Source: Eledone cirrhosa (Eukaryota). Taken from it: a stretch of 64,000 nucleotides of DNA. The DNA is taken from contig OZ024740.1 in NCBI GenBank assembly GCA_964016885.1, positions 315,952,001 to 316,016,000 on the forward strand, in the 5' to 3' direction. This document shows, piece by piece, positions 14,408-29,960 of the stretch. The translations under genes and the position numbers were made by a program. Under the pieces are notes generated by a model. It was not told where the DNA came from. It saw nothing but the letters and a program-made list of their open reading frames with translations, and made no database searches. Each line of letters begins with the position of its first letter. Positions within the stretch are counted from its first letter, which is position 1.

Positions 14408-14858
14408 ATATATATATAAACAACTATCTGGTTGTGGAACCAACCAACCAACCAGAAATTTATAAATTTGTAAATTTATAAATATATATTAAATTAAATT
14501 GAAGTGAAAGCAACTGGTGCGTGTGTTTCTTATTGGCAACATGACCCTCCCAAAGTATAACAATATCGGTTTCAACACACGATTTCAGATAAAGAATCTT
14601 GCTAAACAAATTCAGAAACGAAATATATATACATATATATACATATATATATATACATATATATACATATATATATATACATATATATATATACATATAT
14701 ATACATATATATATATACATATATATACATATATATATATACATATATATACATATATATATATACATATATATACATATATATATATACATATATATAT
14801 ACATATATATATATATATACATATATATATACATATATATATATATACATATATATAC

Positions 14859-14909
<51 letters not shown>

Positions 14910-14920
14910 CATATATATAC

Positions 14921-15153
<233 letters not shown>

Positions 15154-15157
15154 CACA

Positions 15158-15195
<38 letters not shown>

Positions 15196-15218
15196 CATAT
15201 ATATACATATATATATAC

Positions 15219-15355
<137 letters not shown>

Positions 15356-15378
15356 TATACATATATATATATATATAC

Positions 15379-15409
<31 letters not shown>

Positions 15410-15433
15410 CATATACATACATATATATATATA

Positions 15434-16989
<1,556 letters not shown>

Positions 16990-17040
16990 TATACATATTT
17001 ATATATACATATATATACATATATATATATATATATACAT

Positions 17041-17804
17041 ATCATCATCATCATCATCATCATCAACGTTTAACGTCCGTGTTCCACGCTTGCATGGGTT
17101 TGGACGGGGGTAGTCCCACTTGAGGCAAGAGTGATTGTCTTGCTCGCATAGGACTGTCTGGCAGGTTTTCTACAGTTGGATGCCCTTCCTAACACCAACC
17201 ACATTTACAGTGTGGGTCTGGGAGGTTTTTACCGTGTTGCCTACACGGCCACATTACAGCGTGGACTGTGTGTTTTTTTTGTCGTGACACCTACACGATC
17301 TCATTTGTTTCGGCCTGGATGGCGCGGCACCAACATAACTTTACATAGAACGGGGTGGTGTGGATGGGGTGGGGGTGGCGGCGGGAGGGGTGTATTTTGT
17401 TAGAGATGCCTACTGGCAAGGCGGGTCTTCTCTGTTACTGAGTACCGCCAAAGGTCACGGTCCAGTGACATTGTCTTGGAGAGGTGTAAGTGTGTGAGGT
17501 CGGAGTTTATCAGCTCATCCCATGTTTTTCTAGGTCTGCCTATTCCGTGGCTACCGTCTATCTTTATTGCCCTGCACTTTGTAATACAGCTATCGACTTT
17601 CATGCGCATCACGTGTCCATACCAACGCAGCCTTCTCTCGAGTAAACAACATCTGATCCCTCTTATCTCTAATTTTTTCCTTAGTTCGTTTATGCTTTGC
17701 CGTTCACGTATATTACTGTTACACATCCAGCGGAGCATGCAAGCTTCGTTCCTCTCTAGTCTGCGTATATCCTCTGCACACAATGCCCAGGTCTCACTAC
17801 CATG

Positions 17805-17806
<2 letters not shown>
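17041..17806 (-). mobile_element. 5'-truncated copy of the RTE at 7264-10755
   Basis: Nearly identical to 7264-8059; encodes [13 protein letters not shown]...RWYGHVMRM...GRPRKTW; (CAT)n tail. Confidence 0.93.
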
Positions 17807-17852
<46 letters not shown>

Positions 17853-17876
17853 GTGTATATACATATATATATATAC

Positions 17877-17960
<84 letters not shown>

Positions 17961-18141
17961 TATATTGGAAAATGTGTGTAATCCTTGGTACAGTTAGGTA
18001 TATTAAGACAGGGGGGAAGAAAAAATGGCTTCACTTGTGCTTTCAACAAATTTATTTTCTTCACAAAATCCAAAAAGAATTTTTTTCTGGATTAGAAAAA
18101 ATGTTTTTCTTAAAAAAAATTATTTTATATATATATATATA

Positions 18142-18245
<104 letters not shown>

Positions 18246-18368
18246 ATATATACATATACATATATATATATATACATATACATATATATATACATACATT
18301 ATGAAGAGAGAAGAAACATTTAGATATAATTAGTAATAAAATGTATCATACCTAAACTGCTCCTAGAT

Positions 18369-18458
18369 TCCTCGACTACGTAGTTTCGTGGCATAAACAA
18401 AAACAATACATCATAAAGATATAGAGTCCTTGCGAGGTCTGCCGACTTATCAAGAGGA
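18369..18458 (-). ncRNA. Variant or degenerate hammerhead-like motif
   Basis: Minus strand reads TCCTC-TTGATAA-GTCGGCA...TGCCAC-GAAA-CTACGTAG-TC-GAGGA. The core has two deviations from CUGANGA. Confidence 0.4.
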
Positions 18459-18581
18459 TACCTCATTTTACTAGTCTCAAGAACGCGTCTACACGACGTA
18501 TACATATATATATATATACATATACATATATATCTATATATACATATACATATACATATACATATATATATATACATATAC

Positions 18582-18612
<31 letters not shown>

Positions 18613-18661
18613 CATATACATATATATACATATATATATACATATATATATATACATATAC

Positions 18662-18705
<44 letters not shown>

Positions 18706-18967
18706 ATATATATATACATATATATATACATATATATACATATATATATATATACATATACTTATATATATATACATATACATATATATATATACATATA
18801 CATATATATATATACATATATATATATACATATACATATATATATATACATATATATATATACATATACATATATATATATACATATATATATACATATA
18901 TATATATATACATATACATATATATATATACATATACATATACATATATACATATACATATATATAC

Positions 18968-19035
<68 letters not shown>

Positions 19036-19037
19036 TT

Positions 19038-20051
19038 ATAACTTTGACTTTGAATAACTTTGAAATGTTTTGGCCAGTATTGGCCCAGGCCATGTCTAAC
19101 TTAATAGCACCACCTGGCGAAGTCTTTCAATTCAGGATTTGGGCACCATGGCCCATTCGAGAAGAGAATTACTGTTTGCGGAGACATATCCGGGTGTGGG
19201 TGGTTTGTCCGGGATTACTTGGAGGAATTTGTCCAAAGACTTCTTGAATTTTGTGTGGTCAGTTTCTGTTTTGACGTGTCCTGGTGTGATGTTGAAGAGA
19301 GCAGGGCCGATTGAGGTGAAATAATTGTGCCGTATTGTTGTTATGAGTTGCGATTTAGATTTTTGAATGGGACGGATAGCACGGGGCCCAAGCCTTGGGT
19401 GTATCTTGAAGGCGATGCCAACATCATTTGGGCAGTGATGATGGAACATTTTCCACATCATGCAGATAATATAACGCTCACGGCGACGTTGGAGTGAGTA
19501 AAGTTTCAGGTTTTCCAATCGACCCCAGTAGTCAAGGTCTGACATGCCATCTATCTTTTTCGTGATTGCCCTTTGAGGAGCTTCAAGTTTCATGATACTT
19601 TGTTTCGTGTGGGGAGACCACAGTGGACAACAGTATTCAAGGTGTGGTCGGGCGAAAGTAGAGAAGAGAAGGATAATGGTGCGGGAATCTCTCGACTGGA
19701 AGGTTCTGAGGATCCAGGAACACATTCTGCGGGCCATGTCAACTTTGCTGCTTATATGCGTGGTCCAGCTTATGTTGCTGTCCACGGTTACTCCCAAGTC
19801 TCTGATGTTGTTAGATGCCACGAGAGTTTCCCCGGAGGGAAGGGAGTACGGGAGTTTCAGAGCATCCTCTTTTCCAAAGTGGATCAGTTCGAATTTGTCT
19901 TCGTTCAGTAACATGTTGTTCTTTTCTGCCCATTGGGTAACAGCCAGTAGGTCTGACTGAAGGCTTATCCGGTCATCCACGCCATTGATGACCTTTTGGA
20001 GCTTGGAATCATCAGCGAAAATTTTAATGTTGCTGTGTTTGATGATGTCAG
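19038..20051 (-). mobile_element. 5'-truncated CR1/L2-superclade LINE (RT C-terminal half)
   Basis: [39 protein letters not shown]; stop at 19132; (TA)n-bounded. Confidence 0.88.
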
Positions 20052-20067
20052 TATATATATATGTATA

Positions 20068-20207
<140 letters not shown>

Positions 20208-20236
20208 CATATACATATATACATACATATACATAC

Positions 20237-20267
<31 letters not shown>

Positions 20268-20398
20268 CATATATACATATATACATATATATATATATAC
20301 ATATATATACATATATACATATATACATATATATATATATATACATACATATATATATATATATACATACATATATATATATATACCTATATATATAC

Positions 20399-20447
<49 letters not shown>

Positions 20448-20568
20448 CATATATATATACATATATATATATATACCTATATATATATATATACATATAT
20501 ATATACATATATATATATATACCTATATATATATATATACATATATATATACCTATATATATATATAC

Positions 20569-20599
<31 letters not shown>

Positions 20600-20668
20600 C
20601 ATATATACATATATACATATATATATGTATATATACATATATACATATATATATACATATATATATAC

Positions 20669-20701
<33 letters not shown>

Positions 20702-20737
20702 CATATATACATATACATATACATATATATATATATA

Positions 20738-20867
<130 letters not shown>

Positions 20868-20953
20868 CATATATGTATATATACAAAATTTCTGCAAATT
20901 GTGTAATCTTGAGATTTATTACATAATCACACACAAGAAGAATATATATATAC

Positions 20954-20984
<31 letters not shown>

Positions 20985-21025
20985 CATATATATATACATA
21001 TATATATATATACATATATATATAC

Positions 21026-21056
<31 letters not shown>

Positions 21057-21273
21057 CATATATATATACATATATATATACATATATATATATATACATA
21101 TATATATACATATATATACATATATATACATACATACATATATATATACATATATATACATACATATATATATATATACATATATATATACATATATATA
21201 CATACATATATATATACATATATATATACATATATATACATACATATATATATACATACATATAGATACATAC

Positions 21274-21334
<61 letters not shown>

Positions 21335-21405
21335 CATATATATATACATATATATACATATATATATACATATATATACATATATATACATATATATATA
21401 TATAC

Positions 21406-21468
<63 letters not shown>

Positions 21469-22612
21469 TATTTATGTTTACATGCACATGTATTTACATG
21501 GTAAAATCCAGAACCCTAGAAAACTGATGGCGGTTTGTGTCGCCAAAGAATTAGTCCATTGTAGAAAACATCCAGTAATCTGATTTATTGTGAGGAGTGA
21601 AAGAATCAGTTTAGGCACTTGTCCTTCTATAGAGAATAGTTGTGTTGTTGGTCACAACATGTTGAATGAATAATTGAATAAATAAAGGAGTGATATGAAA
21701 GGTTGATGTGGAGAGGGTGTTGGGGGTGAGGGGCAGTGTGGTGTGAGGTGAATAACAAGGAATAAGGGAGGGAGGGGCAAGGAACAAGAGATCAAAGTTT
21801 GTGACAGATCCAGGTTAAAGGAAATGGGAGGAGAAGGAGGAGGAGGTGGTGGTGTGTGAATTGATCAAATGAGGTGGGAGATTAATGAAAATGTAGGGCA
21901 ATATTAACTCTCTTTAAAGATTATGGTGCCCCCATATATATAAAATCTGAAAAAAAAATTTTTTTTTTAATGACAGATACATTTAATTTGAGTAAAATAC
22001 TACTCCCACCCACCCTTCCCTTGATGCCATAAGCTAGTGTATATTTTGTTTAATGGTTACACCTTTCCTGGGTAAAGGTATGTATGGACCTGTAACCCCT
22101 AAGAGTATTGTAGGGGTGCTGTATTGACATACAGCATTTCTTTGGCTTTCTTTTTTTTTTTTAAACCTGGTGGAGCCTTCAGCAGAAAAAGAAGTTATTT
22201 GGTTGTACCACTTTAGTAGATGAGTTATTTGGTTGATTATGTAAAGTTGATGGGTGAATGACTTGTTGGCAAGTGAGTAAGTGAAGTTGATCTCAGTGAA
22301 TTGAGAGAAGCTATGCCATATTTAAGGAAACAAAAATTGTACTCACTTGTTGTGGTGTGAAGTGATATTACCTTGGGGAAATTAATTTTTCCGATATCAC
22401 GTCGGGTTCACCACTTTAGCCGATGGCTAGATAATCATGGTTGAAATATCATCTCAGAAGAAATATTTTCAAGATGTGTGAAGATTCAATGGTGGCGGAA
22501 ATGATCAGAAGGCTGTTAAAACATGATATAAAGGTTTATTTTCTTCCGTAAATTAATATAAGCACAAGGAAATTGAAAAGCTGGTAGCATACCGCATTAT
22601 TAAGTTGAACAA

Positions 22613-22799
22613 AGGCGGTGGATTGGCAGTATCGGTAGAGGGTGGACGCCATGATTTGAAGCATAGAGTTACCTTCCTGTATGATCTGAGTTCAAATCCT
22701 GCCGAGGTTAACTTTGCCTTTCATCCTTACGGGGGTCGATAAAATAAAGTACCAGTAATGCACTGGGTAATTGCTGGCCTTGTACCAAAAGTATAAACA
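22613..22799 (+). mobile_element. tRNA-derived SINE with 17-bp TSD
   Basis: B box GAGTTCAAATCC; central TTTGCCTTTCATCCTT..GGTCGATAAAATAAAGTACCAG; TSD ATTATTAAGTTGAACAA at 22596-22612 and 22800-22816. Confidence 0.85.
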
Positions 22800-23139
22800 A
22801 TTATTAAGTTGAACAATATAAATGTATTGGAAATAAGGGAAGAATGTTGCAGGGCCCTTGCTGAGAGGGCCAAAGTTTCTTGTTTAGCGCTACATCTTGC
22901 TAGTATCGACCGGGAATGTAATTAGTTAGGTCTTGTCTCCATGAAATGAAAACGGCAACTCTTGAAAGTAAAAAAAAGAAGCGCAAATTTTTTAGCTGGG
23001 TGGAAGTCATTTCTCGGTATGTCTACGCCACCAACTTACAGACCCAGTGACTTACCAAGTGCAACCCAATTGTTCCACCGCGGTAAGTAGTGCCTTTGTT
23101 TACTACAAGCCCATCTCCTCTCCAGCAGATATTTTCTTT

Positions 23140-23345
23140 TTACAGAGAATGAGATAGAAAGTGAGAAAGAGATAGAAAGGAAGAATTGACCCCAGTACTA
23201 GACTGGTACTTTTTTTTATCAACCTTGAATAGATGAAAAGTTAAGTTGACCTTGGTAGAATTTGAATTCAGAGAACAGCTAGCTGAAATGAATACCGCAA
23301 AGTATTCTATCCAAAGTTCTAACGACTTTGTCAATTTGCAGCCTG
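23140..23345 (-). mobile_element. Diverged SINE of the same superfamily
   Basis: Reverse-complement match to the GAGTTCAAAT..TTTCATC..GATAAA..GTACCAGT block. Confidence 0.65.
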
Positions 23346-23484
23346 GGCAAAGGTAAGAGAAGGACTAAATAACTGAAGCACTCAGGATGGGGAGCAAGTT
23401 TGCAGATGACTGAGATCAGTAAGCTGTTGTTGAGATTGTAAAGAATTAAAAGGTAGTAAGGAGTTGTCAGAATGTATGTATGTA

Positions 23485-23960
23485 TGTCAGGTCACTCACG
23501 GGTGCTACTGGTAACATGTAGCCCAGTACAACCGGTCTCATGGTCGGGGCGTCGGCGACTAAACCGGCAACCCTACCAAGCTTGCTTGGTGAGGAGGGTG
23601 ATATTTGGACACCCTGCGGGATGAAATACAAGACCCGTCAAAGGTCGGAGGAACTTGGCAGAGTCATCGGCCATCCAAATAGTACTTTTTTTTTTTTGCC
23701 CAGAAGTGAAAGGCCCCCACTTGTTGTCACAACACCTTTCTAAGAGAGGGAAACTCTGAAAAAAAAACCTGCGACTTCAAAAGCATCCGATGATGTTGAC
23801 CAGTTCTCCTTTTCAGGTAGTGTTTGCGATGCTCAGAGAGTGGGATTGGTCGAGTGAAAAGCCTTTCCCCACTTAAAAAAACCCTTCAAAGCACAGGCAT
23901 TGCTTGTTCAGGATCTGTTACAGATTCATGTGGCTGGCTGTAGCCTAAAGTGCACCATTT
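23485..23960 (+). mobile_element. Dispersed repeat, copy 1 (probable RTE-type 5' region)
   Basis: Similar to 24073-24480; both follow (GTAT)n. Confidence 0.5.
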
Positions 23961-24072
23961 TCTTTAATCTGACAAGCGATTGCAATACTCTTAGCAGAGT
24001 TTGCAGCCATCATGTATGTATGTATGTATGTATGTATGTATGTATGTATGTATGTATGTATGTATGTATCTG

Positions 24073-24700
24073 TGTCAGGTCACCAGTTGGTGCTACTGGT
24101 AACATGTATCCCAGTACAACCTGTCTCATGGTCGGGACGTTGGCGACTAAACTGGCAACCCCACCAAGGTTTCTTGGTGAGGAGGGTGACTTTGGACATC
24201 CTGCAGGACTAAAAACAAAACCTGTCAAAGGGCAAAGGAGCTCTTAAGAGTCAATGGCCATCCAAAATCACCGGGAGAGATGACCCCTTAGCCTTTGTCA
24301 AGGCAGAATTCTAGGAGAAGGAAAACTCTGATATAACACCTGCAACCCTGATGGTATCCAATGATGTTGACTTGTTCTTCTTTTTGGTAAATATCATCTT
24401 GGTTAAGAGAGTGGGACTGGCTTTGTGCAGTGCCTTTGCTCACTATAAAAGCTTCACGGCACAGGCATTGCTTTATATCTGGAGATCTCTCTGCACTTGT
24501 CCTCACATGGTACCATGGGCCCAGCACTATGTGTCAATAATTGTCACAAGTGTAGTGTTTGTACCAGAGTTTTCAAGTCGCTGGCTGGACTAAGAAGTCA
24601 CACTCGTTCAGCGCATCGGTAGGGGTTCTCCTACATGGATATAAGGTAGTGGCCGTACTTGAAAACGAGTTGGCAGCCACCATGTATGTATCTATGTATG
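24073..24700 (+). mobile_element. Probable internally deleted RTE derivative ending in a C2H2 finger remnant and (ATGT)n tail
   Basis: About 24545-24622 reads HKCSVCTRVFKSLAGLRSHTRSAHR*, followed by a GTGGC..GCCAC hairpin and an ATGT repeat. Confidence 0.55.
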
Positions 24701-25799
24701 CATGTATATATGAATGTATGTGTATACTTTAGTTGTAAAAGTGATGTCCAAATGAATACCTCCACCACCAATTAACTTACCCTCTGCCTCTGAGTCCCGG
24801 CCAACAGGATGGAGAATGCATTGCCCTGGAGGACGGTGAGGGAGATGTGTTGAAACAACCACTCCACCTCGTAGGGCTCGCACCTGTGGGCGGCCAACTC
24901 CGCATCAGAATTATAAAAGGTAAAAATGTCCAGATGAGGGATGGTCAGAAATGTATAATAGCCTGTGATAGTGGATGGGGAAGGGAACAGAGAGAGTATA
25001 ATGAATGAATTAAAAAGCAAGTGCAAGGTAAAGTGTATATTCTTTTGCTGAAGAACTGACTTTTCAGAAATATTATATATTATATCTTATATATGGTCGA
25101 CATCAAATATATTGGAATAATATGTAATCGAATAATTATATACAAGGGCAAAGATAAAGCACTAGAGAATTGTTCTTTCTTCATCAATTGTTCTTCCATG
25201 TGTGATCCTAATTTCCAACTCCATCTATAATGTGAAAGTTTCAACATAAGCTTCATTGGATTCATGCTCAAATATTCACGGATTCAGTCTCCACACCCCT
25301 ACCCCAGCCAGTTGAATCCAGTCACAGAATTAAATTTGAGCAACTTCTATCTGAAGACAGCTTGTACTGAAAGCAGTAAAGATTTTTCTTCAAAAGAGAA
25401 TACGCAATCTAACATTTTAACAAATAAAAACAATACAAATATTACAAAGATATTAAATACAACAATATACACAAGAGCAAATTCTGAAATGACTTTATGG
25501 TACTAAGGATCAATAAGTACTGAGTTTATGACTGTTTAGTCAGAAGATACTCAGAATTCACATCACAATTGGCTGCTTCCAAATCCACTGATCAGGAAGT
25601 ATTCTACCTCAACTTTCATAAAAATCTCTCCTCGAATTCGTTGATCAAATCCTTAAATTATTATTATCATTTAACAACTAAGACCAGCATATTAGTTTTT
25701 ATGTTGATTATTTATAAACAACAACAACAACAGCAACAACAAAAGCAGCAGCCACCACCATCATCATCATTTTTTTCTTCTTTCAATACTGTAGCAGTG

Positions 25800-27300
25800 G
25801 AAAACTGCCAGTGTCATTCCGCTGTTCAAAAAGGGCGACCGCACATCACCTGTCAACTATCATCCAGTCAGTCTTACTAGCTGTATTGCCAAACTGATGG
25901 AATCCTGTGTCAGAGAAACACTTTGGAACTTCTGGAGCTCTCACAGCCTCATCCGGCCCTCGCAGTTTGGATTTATCCCTAACTCCAGCTGCTGAGATCA
26001 GCTTATCGAGTTCCTTGAAGACATTACCCGGATCACTGACAGCGGCTCATGGGTGGATGTTGTTTACCTTGACTTCGCTAAGGCTTTTAATTCTGTGCCA
26101 CACAAAAGACTTATGGCAAAACTCTCTGCAATGGGTGTGAAGGATGATCTTTTTAACTGGTTGAAATCCTTCATTCTCAGCCGAAAAGAGGTAGTCACGG
26201 TTCTAGGACAGCATTCTTCACCATATGAGATGTCATCTGGTGTACCACAGGGATCTGTTCGTGGGCCCCTTTTGTTTGTGGCATATATCAATGACATAGA
26301 TGCCAACTTACAGAATGCCACGGTACTGAAATATGCAGATGACATCAAGCTGTACCTTGAAATCAAAAGGACTGATCCTGAAATCTACAACTCTTTCCTA
26401 CAATCAGACCTGGACACAATGCAGCAATGGATCACAGACTGGCAACTGAAGCTGGCTGTGGACAAGTGTACCACCATGCATTTTGGGAGGAAAAATCCAG
26501 CGTCCACATACTCCCTCCACAACACTGATATCAAGAAGTCCTCTTGTGAACGTGACCTGGGCATTACTGTCAGCAGCGATTTGCGTTGGACAAAGCATGT
26601 CTCTAAGATTGTCAAGAAGGCCGAGGGTGTCTTGGCATCACTCAGCAAGACCTTTGTTAGCCGCTCTCCAGCCATCTATTTAAAGCTGTATACAGCTATG
26701 GTACGACCACACTTGGAATTCGCATCATCAGTCTGGAATCCCTATCTTGCTTAGAACATTGACCTCCTGGAAATTGTTCAGAGACGTGCAACCAAGCGCA
26801 TACCCTCCATCAGACACCTACCATACTCTGAACGCCTTGCTTCCCTGGGCATGGATTCATTGAAGCTCCGATGTCTGGCAATGGACTTGGTAAACACCCA
26901 CAAAGTTATTAACTATCTCGCCAACAACAACCCTGAGCACCTTTTTGATCTCCATGTGTCTAACACACGTGGACATGCCTACAAAATCAGAAAACAGCAC
27001 AGTTCCCTTGACTTTTGGAAACCGTTTTTCACGCTCAGAGTTGCTGAAGCATGGAACAAACTACCTGCGTCAGTTATTAGCTGCCAAGACACTGCATCCT
27101 TTAAAACCCTCATGCTTCCCGAAATACGCCAAAACTACACCTGATGTACCCCTTCCATACACATGCACACATGTGTATATCATGACTCATGCACTGTTCA
27201 TTTTCCTGACGTTTGTACATTACCCTATGTACTATACATACACTTTTTGATGAGTTGTAGTGCACCTGAGCACTGTACACAATATTTCATTATTATTATA
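25800..27300 (+). mobile_element. 5'-truncated CR1-type LINE (RT pseudogene)
   Basis: PLFKKGDR..NY.PVSLTS, VYLDFAKAF, SGVPQGS, KYADDIKL, ERDLG, RPHLEFASSVWNP; premature stop at 26752; (ATT)n tail. Confidence 0.9.
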
Positions 27301-27834
27301 TTATCATCATAGTTTGTGGATTATGCAGCTAGATAACAGTAACAGGAGAAGACCAGTAGAAGAAGCAATTTTAGATTTTCCACTTATGATATTTAAACAT
27401 AACTAGGGAAGTGGAGTCCATGGCATGTGCTATGGTCTCCACTTTGACCACATCATAGACAACAAATCTGCATCAGTAAAAGAAAGAAAGGTGTAAATGT
27501 AATTTTCATGTATTGTTTTCGATTAAAAAATTAACAAACATGATTGGTATTTTTTTAGCTGATTTTATGATTATTTGAAAGATGGGTGTCAGATGTTTGG
27601 GCAGGGGTGCAATTTCACTGTTTGCCATAGGTGCTATTTTCCCTAGTTATGCCAATGTGAGCCTATGTTGTATATTTCCCACTTACATGAAATGTTTGTT
27701 GTATATTTCCCATTTAAATGAAATGTTTATTAAGAAAGAGACTAATGCCTCTTGATGATGTGATTATTAAACCTCCAGTCTCTTCATGGCAAGCACAACT
27801 GGCAATAATTAGTCTTAAAAAAAAGGTCTAAAGT

Positions 27835-28040
27835 CCATCTCCCAGAGGCTCATCAGGCCGGTGCTTATCCCAGTTTCCATGGCAGGAAGCGACGGAGAGT
27901 ACAAGACTTCCCTCTGGACAGGACACCAGTCCATCACAGGGTTAAACCCCCAGCTATTTCCGGTACTCATTTTCAGCTGAGTATACTGGAGCAAAGTGAA
28001 ATAAAGTGTTTTGCTCAATAACACAACACACAACCTAGTC
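27835..28040 (-). mobile_element. SINE fragment (CORE-like)
   Basis: Minus strand TTGAGCAAAACACTTTATTTCAC..GCTCCAG..AATGAGTACC..AACCCTGTGATGGACTGG. Confidence 0.55.
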
Positions 28041-28294
28041 CAAGGATAGGGATAAAGGATGTTTTGCTATCAACTGTTCACAAACAATAAATAGCTTCTG
28101 CTTTCTAGATGCTTTTCTACTATTGATATCTAATTTAGGCACAAGTCTAGCAAATTTGGGGGCAGGTCAAATTGATTAAATCAACCCCAGTACTTAGCTG
28201 GGGCTTTATTTTATTGACCTCAGAAGGATGAAAGGCATACCCAGAGATTTCACCCGACAATGATTTTTAATTATTTATGTTATGCCGTGTCATA

Positions 28295-28510
28295 GGCTGC
28301 GAATTGGTAGAGTCATTAGAACATCAGATAGAATGCTCTGTGGTATTCGTTTTGGCACTTTGCCCTCTGAGTTCAAATTGTGCCACGGTCAACTTTGACT
28401 TTCATCTATTCAAGGTCGATAATAAAAGTACCAGTCAAGTACAGAAGTCAACTCTTCTTCTATATCTTTCTCACTTCCATTCTCTCATTCTCTATCCTTC
28501 CCTGGAAGAA
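28295..28510 (+). mobile_element. SINE copy (same family as 23140-23345)
   Basis: CTGAGTTCAAATT..GGTCAACTTTGACTTTCATC..GGTCGATAATAAAAGTACCAGT. Confidence 0.65.
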
Positions 28511-28511
28511 C

Positions 28512-28890
28512 AATAATGAAAATTATCATGTACAGTGCTCAGGTGCACTACAACTCATCAAAGGTGCATGTATACTACATAGAATAATGTACAAATGTCA
28601 GGAAAGTGAACAGTGTATGTGTCATGATATACACACACACATGCATCTGTGTGTATGGAAGGGGTATATCAGGTGTAGTGTTGGCTAATTTCAGGAAGCA
28701 CTGTATTCAGACCTGGGAAGGAGATGGCCTCTGCCAGGTTTTAAAATGCCCTGGAAATGTTGTATTTCAATACGATGCCCTGGAAATGTATTTCAATACG
28801 ATGCCCTGGAAATGTATTTCAATACGATGCCCTGGAAATGTATTTCAATACGATGCCCCTATGAATTCATCAGGAGTTTTGGGATGAGAA
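28512..28890 (-). mobile_element. 3' end of a CR1-type LINE related to 25800-27300, with a local ~26-bp tandem repeat
   Basis: Reverse complement of about 27120-27295; GCCCTGGAAATGTATTTCAATACGAT repeated at ~28748-28858. Confidence 0.75.
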
Positions 28891-29182
28891 AAAAGAAAGA
28901 TGTAGTGTAATGATAAAAATCACCCAGTCCACCCTATAAACTGGTAGCGTTGGTACTGCGACAAAAAGTACCCAGACAACCTTGTAAGGTAGTATTGCTG
29001 AAGTCATGATGGAATGCTCTCAGTACATGTTGTAGAGTGACTGGCATTAGGAAGGACAACCCAGCGATAGAAACCAAGCCACAAGTAAAGCATACAAGCA
29101 AGATGTGGTCATCTGACCAGTCTAGCCTCAGTATGTGACAGTCCATCTAACCCATGCAAGCATGGAAATTAGACGTTAAACA

Positions 29183-29495
29183 ATGATGATGATGATGATG
29201 ATGATGGTGGTAGTGGTGATGGTGGTGGTGGTGATGGTGGTGATGTGATGAAGGTGATGATGGTGATGACGACGACAATGATGATGATGGTGATGACGAG
29301 GATGAAGATGATGACGATGATGATAATGATGTCGATGATGAGGACAAGTACAGTGATGATGAAAGTGGTGATTATGTCTTTGATGATGACAATGATGATG
29401 ATGATGATGAAGATGATGATGGCGAAGATGATGACAACAATGATGATGATGAGGTTGATAATGATGTGTTTGATGATAATGATGATGATTATGTG

Positions 29496-29539
<44 letters not shown>

Positions 29540-29540
29540 C
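29183..29540. repeat. Degenerate (GAT)n microsatellite extending an RTE-type tail
   Basis: Follows AACCCATGCAAGCATGGAAA..ACGTTAAA, the 3' end motif of the RTE family. Confidence 0.85.
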
Positions 29541-29589
29541 AAGAAATATATTGCGTTTTAGCTAATCGACGACACTTATTCCAGTTTAG

Positions 29590-29960
29590 AACATCATTAG
29601 AATATTACCCTTTGGTGTGACTAATTCTGTAAGTGCTTTAAAAAGAGTGATGGATGGTATAATTAGAGACAATATCAGAGTTTATGTCTATCTCACGATA
29701 TTGTCATTGGTAAATCTATTGAGGAACATGATAGAAACTTCAGATGATTTATTCCTCTTACTCAGAGACTCATTATTTCTTTGAACAATGACAAATGTCT
29801 TCACCAGTAAACATCCATTTGTTACCTAGGTTACTAAATAGAAAAATAAGTCTTTGCAGCCTGACCCGGAAAGATTTAAACACCTTATTGATTACCCAAC
29901 ACCAAGCAATGTTAAACAACTACAACTGCAACAATAACAACTACTAGGTTTGTTTAGTTT
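29590..29960 (+). pseudogene. Degenerate Ty3/gypsy RT fragment
   Basis: LPFGVTNSVSALKRVMD..VYVYL..IEEHDRN..SLNNDKC..YLGY..LQPDPERF..PTPSNVKQLQ, with frameshifts and stops. Confidence 0.7.

Larger units (their letters stand above)
12391..14624 (+). mobile_element. 5'-truncated Penelope-like retroelement (possibly Neptune-type) with HHR-containing pLTR
   Basis: RT-GIY-YIG ORF, 3' UTR, HHR at 14363, and end ...CAGAAACGAAAT fused to (TA)n. Confidence 0.92.

Noticed and set aside
17960-18130. Unique island between TA runs (also 20882-20942)
   Set aside because: No HHR core, ORF motif or match elsewhere in the window; unassignable
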